From Malacoraja senta (taxonomy: Eukaryota): DNA of 64,000 nucleotides. Where the stretch lies: contig CM075990.1 in NCBI GenBank assembly GCA_038087875.1, positions 9,610,001 through 9,674,000 on the forward strand, given 5' to 3'. A program made the position numbers and the translations under genes. Shown here piece after piece: positions 52,249 to 64,000 of the stretch. The notes below the pieces were generated by a model, which did not search any database, had not been told where the DNA came from, and saw only the letters and a program-made list of their open reading frames with translations. Every line of letters begins with the position of its first letter. Within the stretch, counting starts at the first letter, position 1.

Positions 52249-52480
52249 AACTGCAATGCCCTATGGAGGGTTTGATAAGGCAGCGAAACTGATGACTTTT
52301 CAGCTCCCAGAATTTGAGGCAGCTCTTCCAGAACCCGAGGCCATGCTTGTGTTCCACCAAGATATCAGCACTCGGCCTAATTTTAACAGGACCCCTCTGG
52401 GCTGGACTCCAACAAGCACAGAGAATTTGGTTAACCTTGGAATAGATCTCGAGTTTAACGCTGAAACTGATGACCTGTAG
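52249..52480 (+). CDS. MYOZ1: Myozenin-1 last coding exon
   Basis: ttgcag|A acceptor; RTAMPYGGFDKAAKLMTFQLP...RPNFNRTPLGW...ETDDL*; C-terminal E[ST][DE][DE]L PDZ-binding motif. Spliced CDS is 918 nt, giving 305 aa. Confidence 0.97.
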
Positions 52481-52726
52481 AGGCCTTGGAAAAGTGCCTT
52501 GAAGCCATCTGTTTCGAGCACTCAATTGGTGAGTGCTCAGGAGCACTTGGAAAATATTGGATTAGAAGTGACACTTGGCTATAATCATCACTGCATAAAA
52601 TGTGTATTCTTTAAAAGCTGGTTGCTTCGCTCCCCCATACATTATCAACACATTTTGTAACTTTACTGTACACTCATCTTGAACAACTTTTTGGGTTCCT
52701 GTGACACATGGGATCCACATTATTTA

Positions 52727-52812
52727 AATAAAATCAAATATGGTGGATATACATTTATGCCTTACAGATGCCTCTATTTATTGTTGGGCAAATATTTTCT
52801 AAATGAAATAAA
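52727..52812 (+). terminator. MYOZ1 polyadenylation signals (AATAAA at 52727 and 52807)
   Basis: Two AATAAA hexamers 250-330 nt after the stop; T-rich tract downstream of the second. Confidence 0.6.
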
Positions 52813-52989
52813 ATGTTAACAAAATCAGTCTATTTTTTTTCTGTACAAATTCACTCAGGCTGTTTGAAGAACAGTTACAGGTTGCGGTACTTTACATTGG
52901 AAGCAATTTTCCCAGTCTAAGGCTAGAGTAATACAATACTAGATCCTACCTTCCAGAAGAAAAATCACCGACATGCCAGGTGTCGCTAT

Positions 52990-53640
52990 TCTATTTGGAA
53001 AACTTACAACCCAAGAATATGAACATTGAATTCTCAAATTGTAGGTACCTACCCAACAGCCCGCCCCCCCACCCTTTTTCTCCCCCTTCCCCTCGCTTCC
53101 TTGTGTCCCACCTAGATTCACACACATTTCTCCCCTCTCCGTCTCATTCCACCTGCAGTCGTTCCTGTGGCTTCACAATTCACAACTCTTCAATCCTTAT
53201 CTCGCACTTTTTGCTTTTTCATCCCTGACCTTTCTCCAGCCATCTGCCTATCACACCCCCCTCACCTGTATCTCTTCTAACTTTCATCCCTCCCCACCAT
53301 CCCTCCCCACCAAGGGGTAAGCCATTTAGAATGGAGACAAGGAAACACTTTTTCACACACAGTTGTAAGTCTGCGGAATTCTCTGCCAGAGGGCGGTGGA
53401 GGCCGGATCTCTGGATACTTTCAAGAGAAAGCTAGATTGGGCTCTTAAAGATAGCGGAATCAGGGGATATGGGAGAAGGCAGGAACAGGGTACCGATTGT
53501 GGATGATCAGCCATGATCACATTGAATGGCAGGGCTGGCTCGAAGGGCCGAATGGCCTACTCCTGCATCTATTGTTTATTGTCTATTGTCTATAATCAGT
53601 CTGAAGAAGGGTCTTGACCCAAAGCATCACCTTTCCATGT
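52990..53640 (+). mobile_element. Penelope-like 3' region interrupted by a CR1 3' fragment (about 53312-53592)
   Basis: Pyrimidine-rich Penelope-like body, CR1 tail ending in ctattgt repeats, then tcagtctgaagaagggtcttgaccc. Confidence 0.7.
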
Positions 53641-55069
53641 CACGCTAAAGGCTCAGACTCAGAGTGTTTCAGTATGGTTTTGCACTCTCTCCCGCAACAA
53701 GTTTTCTGCAACTATGAAAGAATACACAATATAACACGAAAGTGACCTTTTGTCAGTCACAATGCCCTTTGTCACAATGTCTGTGCTGAACATGATGCAA
53801 ACCAACTCGAATCTATCTGCATGTGATCCATATCCCTCCATTCCCTGTGTATTCATGTGTCCATCCAAAAGTCTCTTATCCACCAGTATCGTATCTGCTT
53901 TAACTACCATTCCCAGCAGCGCATTCCAGGCACTCACCACTTTTACACCACAGTGTAAAAAAAAACTTGCCCAGCAAGCCTCATTTAAACTTTGCCTCTC
54001 TCACCATAAAGCTAGCATTTGATATTTCCACCCTGAGAAAAAAAAGTTCTGACTGTCAACTCTAAATGTGCATTAATAATTTTATACAGCATAGATGTTA
54101 TGCACTCAAATCACTACCTAAAGTTAATAGCGGTGGACAGAAAAATGGTCATCAATGAATAAGCTTCAAAACAAGAGCCAGAAAAAATATGATAAATAGT
54201 TAAAGTGAATAGGCAGTGTGTTGTAACTGCACAGTTAAATTAAATGGTTAATCTCCCAAAACATTCACTCCCTGTAAATTGGTTCTACTGAGCATGTCAT
54301 GGGAAGGACCAGTTCCATTGTGCAGACCTCCATGAACCTCAACCCTGTTGGTAAGTGAAATTAAAGTAAGACCAAGAGAAGAGAGCCAAGGAAATGCAAC
54401 AGACATTAGAATATCTCATAGGATGCAGAGATGTTGAAGAGAGCTGCAGCTGATAAATCCCATACAGATTAGTGGTCCATAAACGGGAGACCTAACTTCA
54501 AATACTGACATAAAGGTCCATGTGATACATGTAGGTGCTTAAACCAGATAATTCATGGTTCAATTTGATATTTGCACATGCTATTTAGTTAACCTCAAGA
54601 GTCAGTCATTTGTTCTTAAAAATTGATTCACCAACAATAAAAGAAATGTATTGTGTTGAAGGAATCAGTTGTCAAGGTAACACTGTTGCAACACAGAAAT
54701 GTTGGACTTGCACAATTCAAACATTAACAAACAAGAGCTAAAATGGATACTGCCTGACCTTCAAGTCATTCTCACATTCCAATGAAAATAGCTACGAGTT
54801 TAGGTTTCAAAGCACTGTTAATAAATATATAGATGGAAGTTTAACCAGAAAAGCTGTAATTTTGGCTGAGGGAATCTTTAAAAATAGGCAATGGAATTGA
54901 CTGCATATTAAAAACACTCCAGCCCTTATACACATTCATAATATACCAGCTTAATACCAGCCATCCCACACACACTTTACTGATCAGTCTGTTATAAGCC
55001 TGCCTATCATACACCACTTGCATTACACCAGATCACTAAAGACCCATTTGGTACACATCCCTATTACGG

Positions 55070-56030
55070 ATGGTGGTGGCGTGTTATAGATGACGATAGC
55101 ATGGTTGTGCGGTCTCATGTCTTGTAGGATTGAGTGTGGCTCACGAGACCGCTGTGCGAGCCACACACGTGGGAGCAGTGGGGGCACAGGAAGGCTGCTG
55201 TTGGAGGATTTAGGCCTGCAGCCTTCCTCCTGCCTCTGGCACGAACGAGTCAGTTTTGACGATTGTCTTCAAAACTGCTGACCACCTTCCTAGTGGATGT
55301 ATGCCAGCCAGTCCTGTCACTGGCATGGGGTTTCATTTCTTTTGGCGGCTAGGCCTGCATGCTGGAGGTGGTCCTTTATGCAGTCTTTGAACCGTTTTAT
55401 TGGGCTTTGACCCTGTGACAGAACTCTGCAGGAGTTGACGAGACATGTGGGATTCATCCATCCGGATCACATGGCCTGTCCCATCGAAGCTGGGCCTTTA
55501 TGATCATTGCTTCGATGCTTGTGAAGCCAGACCGGTCCAGCACTTCCTTGTAGGTAACCCTGTAACGAATGCTCATGATGGACTGCAGAGAGTGCACGTG
55601 GAATTTCTCAAGCTGGCAGATGTGTTTCCTGTACAAGGTCCATGTTTCACATCCATACAGCAAGCTGGAGAGTACTACAGCTTTGTAGATTTTCGGACTA
55701 GTTGACAGCTCGATGTTATGGTGGTTTAACACCTGTGCTTGGAGTCGACCAAGTACTTGATTGGCCTTGCTGATCCTGGGCAATATTTCCTTGTCCAGCG
55801 AGCCATCAGAAGATATCACGCTGCCCAAGTACTTGAAAGCATCAACTGTTTTCAGCTGTGTGTTCTCAATGTGTACACATGGTGGTGGCACTGAAGAGCC
55901 TTGTGCTGGCTGGCTGGTGGAAGACCTCTGTCTTATTGAGACTGATATTAAGACCAAACAGCTGTGCCGCTTCTGCAAATCTGGACACGATAAATTGGAG
56001 ATCAGACTCCTTGTGTGCCATGAGGGTACA
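55070..56030 (-). mobile_element. RTE-clade (BovB-like) LINE fragment
   Basis: FKYLGSVISSDGSLDKEI..RISKA, KIYKAVVLSSLLYGCETWT and QLRW motifs (ORF 55454-56044). Confidence 0.85.
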
Positions 56031-58789
56031 ATGCCATAACACACCCAGTCATTTCACATCGTGCCACACCACTCCCTTTATTCACCTGTTACATACCTAT
56101 TCATGACACACCCACTCGATTACATGCCCTTCTTCTTGAACAGTCCCTCAGGATCAAGGATGATTTGCTTCCATACCAGTTTTTAGGATTCAGAAATGAC
56201 TGATTCGGATGAAGATAAACACAAAATGCTGGAATTAATCAGCAGGTCAGGCAGCATTTCTGGAGAAAATGGATACGTGAAGTTTCGGGTTGGAACCCGT
56301 CTTCAGACTGATTATAGTAGATGGCCGCGGGGGGGGGGGGGAGTGGTCACTGGAAGCGAGAAAAAAATACAGACAAATCGGTACCGGCAACAGTTGACCT
56401 GAGAATGAGGCTGTTGTCTGAACCACAGATTCTTCCACAGACACCACAGGAGATTCGCTCTTATTCACAGAAGAGTTTTAAACTCTTTCTGATCTTCAGT
56501 CTTTTCTGATCACACCATGGAACGATAGAAAGTTATGGTGTAGTAAGAGGCCAATCAACCCAGTCCAGCCAAAAAATGATCTATTTAGATTACTCCCACT
56601 TTGTAGCTCGAGGACCTTTGTCTTGAAGGTTACATCTCCTTACGTTATCCACAGATCTTTTAAATAGGGACCGTTTCTGCCTTAAATCATATTTACAGGA
56701 CTCATCTTCTTTCCATTCCAGTTCTCCTTGAGTCAAATGCATGTCCAACCCTTTATGGCCATCTTTTTCCCATCACAGCTTGATCATTGGTTGCCACGCT
56801 AACACTCTACATTTACTGTACCTCAATAAATGTATAGGCTCTTAGCTTTCAGCCTAGAGCTAAACATGTAGAGGAACACATGAATGATTTCTTCTAACAT
56901 CATTAACTCTTGTTGATCAGCTTGTATATGGGTGTTTCCGTAAATAAGGGTACCAACCTGTGACATGGGTGTCCAAATTTGAAAGATATTAAATTATAAC
57001 AAAATACCACAGCATTGAAAATGGGCCTACATATGATCCTTTTGAGCTAATTTGTGATCAAAATCGACCAGAATTTGACCAAACTTTAATACTTTCAAAA
57101 TTTGAAATATAAACAAGAAAAAAACATTATTTATAAATTTACATTTTCTTTTAATATACATAAATGAAGAAGAATATAGTAACCTTTTCATCAAATTCTA
57201 TGTTAATTTACTCAAAATTTGCCCAGAACCAAAAGCATCTGTGTAGACAGGAGCATACTTTCAACGAGGCATGTCATTATCTGGGACCAGATCACTTTCG
57301 ATTCCCTTCGCTATAGTGCACACACTTTACAACAACATAGTAACAAGCAATGAAAGTTTAACAGAATTTAAACATTTATATAGTAAACAAGACGTAACAT
57401 TTACTAGAAAAGAACGAAAAAGTGCAAAAAGATTTTTACTAACCAATGATTCCAAGCAAAAAAAAGTGAACAGTGTTATTCAGAGCAGTGAGCTTACAAC
57501 GTCTCTTATACTGATTTCTAAGCTCCCTTACAAAATGTCGGCACGTAACCCACCACGAGGCCCGTAGTTCAGGTCAGGGTTATTACAATAAGGCCTTGGG
57601 TTTAACCAGATATGTTTTCAGAGAAAGCACGTTCTCTCTCATCTCTTCATTGTTCCGCTAGGTTTGTTTCCATCCCTAATCTGCCTCACAGTTTAATTGC
57701 CACAGGCAGATCTTCTGAACAATTCCCAATTCAGAATTCCATGATCAATCAATTTTAAACAACCAAATCCTTCAGATTAATTTTATTATCAGCCTCTGGC
57801 TTGATACTCCCTTCCCATTTTCAGAGGGCTTCACAGACCATTAACAGCTCCTGTAATATGGCCATGTCAAAATATCTGTTAAGGCTGAAAACATTGTCGA
57901 TTTTTCTATTTCATGATGGTTGTACTCCTGTACTCTGAGCAGTCAATTGGACTTTTCATTAAAACTGACCCCAAACGTTTACTCTGCTTCCATTTCTAAA
58001 AATGCTGCCTAACCTATTGAGTGTCTCCAGCGCTTTCTGGCCTTATCGCTGGCACCCATGTACTGAATAGATGGAAAAAAATAGAAAAGATGGAATTTTG
58101 ACTTAATCTGGTAAGTACAACCTTTAGAAGCATTTGTAGGCTGATGTTTGGAATGTTTGGTCCGGTGTTTTCTCTTGTAGTTGCTATTTGGATTGGAACA
58201 GCAGGGGGGGCTATTGATGGCTAGTGGGGAATTATTCACACAATGAAAACCTGTTGGGTTGCAGAATGACTGAAATAATAAATTGACAATGCTTAGGAAA
58301 CTTACACTTAAAATAGACATAACTAATTAGCTGCTAACATCACCTGCAAAATCTGGTCTTTTGGAAAGTTTGGAACTGAATTGTATTGGGCCTGACACTG
58401 CTACATATTATTTCCTCGGATTATTCAGTGGGATAGGCAGCACGGCACAATAATGAACATTTCCTCTCGTAACCAAATAGCATGTATTAATTAACTGTGT
58501 TCTAAAAATTACTATTACTTCCCCAATTTTATTTGGAATTCACTCTGTTACTGATTTATTAGAGATGTTTTTTAAAAAAGAGGACAAACATGTAGACAAA
58601 AAAATCCAGCTGCTAAAGGCTTCCAAAGTTAGGCAGGGAGTCTGTGTTCATTCCTAGTGTTTTCACCAAATAATAAAGGCTGAAGCATCTGTATACAAAC
58701 AACACTTATGCTCTATGAAACACTAGCATCGATCTTCCATCATTATTTTCATTCTTCTTTGACAGTCTGAACATAAGACATGCTGTATG

Positions 58790-59180
58790 AGTAGAATTAA
58801 GCCATTCGGCCCATCGAGTCTACTCTGCCATTTGATCATGGCTGATCTATTTTTCCCTCTCAACACCATTCTCCTCATAATCTTTGACACTCTTACTAAT
58901 CAAGAACCTATCAATCTCTGCTTTAAAAACAGCCAATGTATTAGCGTCCACAACCATCTGTGGCAACGAATTCCACAGATTCACCACCCTCTGATAAATT
59001 CCTCCTCATCTCCATTCTATAGGTACGTTCTTGTATTCCAAGACTGTGGCCTCTGGATCTAGACTCTCTCATTACTGGAAACAACCTGACCACATCCACA
59101 TCTATCTAGGTCTATCATTTTCTGGTAGGTTTCAATGAGATCCCCCCTCAACATTCTAAATTCCAATGAGTTCTGACCCA
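58790..59180 (-). mobile_element. CR1 LINE 3' fragment
   Basis: Reverse complement of the CR1 tail seen at 50412-50725. Confidence 0.75.
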
Positions 59181-60109
59181 GAGCTTTTTAATGGAAAAAT
59201 ATCCAACCTCCACTTCCAGACAAGATCGCTCAGCATTTGTAGCTGAGCTAAAGGGCCGAGATAATGCTTGCATTAGTACTTGGTCTAGCACCAAATCATT
59301 ATTGATTAATCCACTGAAGTAAAGAACAGAATGGGCTTTGTACACAATATCTGCAAAGCAAAGGTACTATACTAATCTGCCACACTTTAACATCATGCCC
59401 TCTGTAAAAAAAATGGTTCATGGTGAGACCCTGAAAATGAGGTCCATTTCCCTTTCTTTGAGAGCCACTTTTCAATGAAGGCAGTGGTGAATTTCATCAT
59501 GTCTCCTTTACTGAAAGGTAGCACCTGAGGTATGGGAAGTGATTCTATATTATCAGGCACTAGCTGCCCCATCTGGGGTAAAGATTGCTGATCCCACATT
59601 GATCTCATCAGTTACCTTAGAATCCATTGTGAAGCAAGTCACCCATGACCTTGAAAAAATGCTTAAGATGACCCCAAATCCTGCTGATTGGAAATAGTGA
59701 TCACTGACATACAATTGCTTTCAGCCTCCTGCCTATAACACTTGCACTAAATCAAGCTGTATTCACAGCCTCTCTTCAGTCTATATCCCAGGCAAAAGAA
59801 TACCTCCTGCAAAACTGCAGTCTCTTGTGGAGCATTCCCCCATGTCTCAAGAAGCCAAGCCTCTTGGCAGCATTTGTGTCTCAAATTATCACATTATATG
59901 GTGAATCTAATTTCTCCTACACCCTAGATGCTATTCAGAGAAATATATTCGCTGAAAAAACACCCAGCCAGAGAAGATATTTAGAGTTGATTAAATACTT
60001 GGTTAAAGAGAGGAGTGTTAAAAAAGCTGTTAAAAGTTTCAGAGCAGTGGAGAGGTAAACTAGTCTGAGGACAGGAATTGTAGGCTTTAACATCGTGAAG
60101 CCTGTGGTC

Positions 60110-60427
60110 TTTGGTAAGAAGAGGCCGACTTGGGAGCTCCATGCTGCGGAGAGAGTTTGAACAGCCCCGATGCAGGAGTTTCGATCACACCGGGAGCTTC
60201 GATCGTCGGCTCCAGGCGGTTTGATTGCCCCGACTGCAGAAGAACAAAGAGGAAGAAGATTGAACTTTATTGCCTTCCATCACAGTGAGGAATGTGGAAT
60301 TCACTGTGGTGGATGTTTATGTTAACTTTTATGTGGTTGTGTGTCTTGGTGCTTTTCACTTAGTAGGGCAACCCAAATATCACTGTACCTTAATTGATAC
60401 GTGACAATAATCTGACCTTGACCTTGA
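60110..60427 (+). mobile_element. Unclassified retroposon 3' end
   Basis: CpG-rich head with repeated ttcgatc; tail gtgacaataa...(GACCTT)n resembling the tail at about 40530. Confidence 0.45.
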
Positions 60428-60569
60428 AAGCAAAGCCACTAATGGTGGATTATCAAAGAATGGACTGGACACCAATTAGAGGGTCAATTAACCTGATAAA
60501 GTTGTGGAAATCTTAAACATAGCCCCTCGAAGGATATAAAATCAAGGAAGAAGGATATCATAAGAAGGA

Positions 60570-60960
60570 GACACCAAGAGACTGCAGATGCTAGAATCTT
60601 GAGCAAAAAACAGTGTGCTGGTGGAATTCAGTAGGCTAGGCAGCATCTGAGAAAGGAAATGGACAGATGACATTTCAGGTCTGGTCCCTTTTGATGGAGT
60701 AGGGCGAAAAATATGGAAAAGAGAGGCAGGGGTGGGGCAAAGCCTGGCAAATGATAGATTAATACAGGCGAGGGGTGAGTGATTGGCAGGGGTGTAGATA
60801 CTGATAAAGGCAGGAGGTGAGGAGAAAAAAGCAGTCCGATAAGAAGAAGAGTGAAATGTAAAGCCAGAGGGAAGAGAATCCAGGTGGAACGGGCACAGGA
60901 GAGGAGGGATATGTTTAAAACAAAACTTTGTCTTACTAGTAGCCAATGTATTTCAGTAGA
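60570..60960 (-). mobile_element. Older Penelope-like 3' fragment
   Basis: Reverse tail gagactgcagatgct...ggcagcatctg, degenerate core, purine-rich body. Confidence 0.55.
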
Positions 60961-63150
60961 TACGGTGGGCATGGAGCAAAAGAGGATAATGTGAGACAGA
61001 CTTTTAGATGAGTTTAAATCTATGGAGGTGGATAAAGGGCTCAGCCAATAATGTACTAGAAAGGTTTATTCCAGAGTAGGAGGAAAAAGGTGGAGATTTC
61101 AGCAGCAGAACCGAGACAGGAATGGGCAGTTAACATTACAAGGGCAAAAAAGGGTAGACATTGTGGTGGAGGCTAGAGGTTCAAAATACCTGAAACCAGT
61201 TTGCAGATTTTATTCAAAACAAGGTTACCAAGGTGAAACATTCCACGTGCGACTTGAAGAACTGTCTTAGACGCGAGTTTTGATTTCTTTATCTTTATTG
61301 CCAGAGTAGGAACAGATTCAATGTTTAATTTGCCTGATGTTAATTGATGAGTAACATTCACCTTGCAATATTAATGTGACAAAGAGTCTGGCAGGTTCCA
61401 AAAAGTTGATTAGCGAGTAAAATGGTTGAGTATGTACTTAATACAATAGTGTCTTGAATTGATTGCAAAGATTGATCTTAATGAAAACTCACATATAAAT
61501 CAAGTACTAATGATTCATCAGTAGAATAATACAACTTCAGAGACATAGTGAATGGAGTGAACTTCCCAGTCATGAAAAACCCACGATCTGCAGCTGGAGT
61601 TACATTGAATTAAAATATCATTAGCTCAATATCATTTTATTTGAGTTCTCTGGTGGTTGATGAAAGAAGACATCCTCACTCAGTTAATAATGTTCAAGAA
61701 ATAATTACTGTGAGTTCATTGATTAAAAATCAATTCTTCATTCACTGGATAAAGAAGGTGTGCAATGTGATGAAGACAAAGTAATAGCTGGTTACTGGAT
61801 AAGTTGATTAACAAATAAAAATGCAGACATAGGAAACTGAAGTAAAAACAGACGATGCAGAATAGCATCAATAAAGAAAACACATTAAAAACAGGAGACC
61901 ATCTGGTCATACCTCGCCTTCGTTATTTCCTGATTCTGTACCTCGTATCCGCTATGCTCCAAAATCCCACAGCCTTAGACTCCCAAAGCGTCCAAAAATT
62001 TCCATCCCCAGTCTTGAATAGTTTCATTTCAGTCCTGAATTTCAAAGAGTCAAACCTATTTTTAAAATTACGGCTATATGTTGTACAATATGCCCCTTTG
62101 CTTTGTCCTCTTACTTGAGGTTATGCAACAGTGAATCATCTAATTTATTCTGAACATAGCTATGGATGATTTACATGGAGTTACATGAAATTGATAGATG
62201 AAGAACAGGATATTTGACCCAAAGTTCATGCTCTATACATAAGCCTCCACCTGACACTCTTCACTGTGTCCTTTCTATAGACCTTCTATTTTTTTTCTTC
62301 TTAATCATTTTGCCAAGAATGCAACTGTGTTATTTGCCAGAACCATTCTCTGTGGTCATGGATTCCACATTTTTCCCACATATTTGGGTGATACAGACAA
62401 GAACAGATTAAATCAGCAGACCACAGCTGGGTAACATCATGGCATTCACTGTCTGAACTCCTCCTTGAATAATGGGCCCTTTAAGTGATGAGCTATATAC
62501 CACCAAGGAGTCAAGTACTACTTTATTTAAACAATTATATTTAAAGCTTAAGGACTCCTGCCAAATTGTTATTTTGCCTTTGGAAGTGAATGTCTCAAAT
62601 GAATATTATGTAAGAAGAATTTTGAAATGGATCAAAGGAACATTTTCGCTCTGTGGTTTGATTGTGATTTGACCTTGCATCAAGACACAAAAACTTCCTG
62701 TAGCTTTGATCACAGAATAGTCAGAATCATGACAGAAGCTCTTTCAAACCAGACACAGAATGTGGTTTGTGACTGTGCCAAATGGAAGCTAAACTCAGCC
62801 AGCATATCGGGTGAGAAGCTGAGTCATCAGAATAGAATCAACATTTAATTGCTAATGATGTACTTAAAAGAGTTGAATTTTTCATCCTAGCGTTGTCAGG
62901 TAATACCAATAAAAAACAAAAATGTGATTTAGTGTCAGGAATGACTTTGATACAGTTGTTGAAGTTATATATTCCAACTCTGAGTTTTGGCTAAGTACAA
63001 ATTAATTCAAAACGGGTTAGAACTAGAGAAGCATTATAAACTTCAGCTCCCAACTTGACAGTGCCAATGCAGTCAGAGCAATTTAAACAAATTCTCCTAA
63101 AATTACAGTTTGTAACACAAATTTAAATAGATTAACATCTTGTAAAAGTG

Positions 63151-63282
63151 GGGAGGGAGATTGCAACCTACATGTGGTCCACCCTGTTTCGACTAATGCA
63201 ATCAACCCGACGTGCACAAAGAAATAGATCAAATAGAACAAGTTGCCCCACAACTTTAGGCTGTGCACGCCTTCGCAAGAAG
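63151..63282 (+). mobile_element. Short unclassified retroposon (copy 2)
   Basis: Matches 6295-6440; 14-bp TSD ATCTTGTAAAAGTG at 63137-63150 and 63283-63296. Confidence 0.78.
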
Positions 63283-64000
63283 ATCTTGTAAAAGTGCAGA
63301 CGCAGACTATAAGAGGAAACACAAACTTTGCACATTATTATTCAAAATCTTTTATAAGCTATAACTAAGTTTATCACAGTTGTAGAAATATATGTGTATA
63401 TAGTTTAAATATATTTTTATTAATAAATCAGTCCCAAATAAATCATTGTTAAGCCTCCTAGGTTTCAGTTACTCAAGCACTTTGTGTCGTTTTCTGTAAA
63501 CCAGTATCAGCAGTTCCTTGTTTCCACACTGAGAAGCACAGGTACAAAATGTACTCTAGTTGGGAGAGATTTCCAAGCTCATCTCCAATTGTAACCCAGT
63601 AACAGCACCGATTACAAGCTGAAAGCCGGGGATGCCACATTTTACTTAAAGCTCAGCAGAAGATGAGGAGTGTATGGTCGAAAAACCTGAAAACTAGAAA
63701 TCAGAATAAAAACTTGAAAAGGATGAAAATACTCAACTGAAATTCTGTAAATGAAATGACAGGAGTAGGCAGAAACAGTGGGTCTGCCAGGGCAGTTCTG
63801 TTTATGGTTTTTGAAAAGGTATTTCAGTGGGACAGGGAAGGGTCTCGACCCGAAACATCATCCATTAGGTTGTGTGATAGGAGCAGAATTAGGCCAATCA
63901 GCCCATCAAGTCTACTCCGCCATTCAATCATGGCGGATCTATCTCTTCCTCCTAACCCCATTCTCCTGCCTTCATCCCATAGCCCTTGACACCCGTAATC

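Noticed and set aside
16821-52480. Alternative assignment as SYNPO2/MYOZ2 or SYNPO/MYOZ3
   Set aside because: The MPLAGTPAP start and Gly-rich middle point to MYOZ1, and the DSEAYYGETDSD and PMVGPV motifs point to SYNPO2L. A tree would confirm this.

Overview
Vertebrate genomic DNA, most likely a cartilaginous fish (skate or ray). That is inferred from the repeat landscape of V-SINE/HE1-like SINEs, CR1 LINEs and abundant Penelope-like tails. The window holds two tandem + strand muscle Z-disc genes. The first is SYNPO2L (CHAP): PDZ exon 6981-7132, exon 7901-8799 and a large terminal exon 16821-19750; the first coding exon is not in the window. The second is a complete MYOZ1 (myozenin-1/calsarcin-2) with five coding exons at 34149-52480 encoding 305 aa. 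Points the ORF track misses: (i) a short alternative first exon at 10200-10323 that would give a PDZ-less CHAPb-type SYNPO2L isoform; (ii) an in-frame 21-bp minisatellite encoding about 20 PPAVMSP heptads in SYNPO2L; (iii) a Penelope-like GIY-YIG element whose 3' end carries a minimal hammerhead-ribozyme core, with many short dispersed derivatives, several flanked by 13-15 bp target-site duplications. The rest is intronic or intergenic DNA with CR1, L2, RTE, Rex1/Babar, SINE and MITE remnants plus degenerate satellites. All family and orthology calls come from motif recognition, not database searches.
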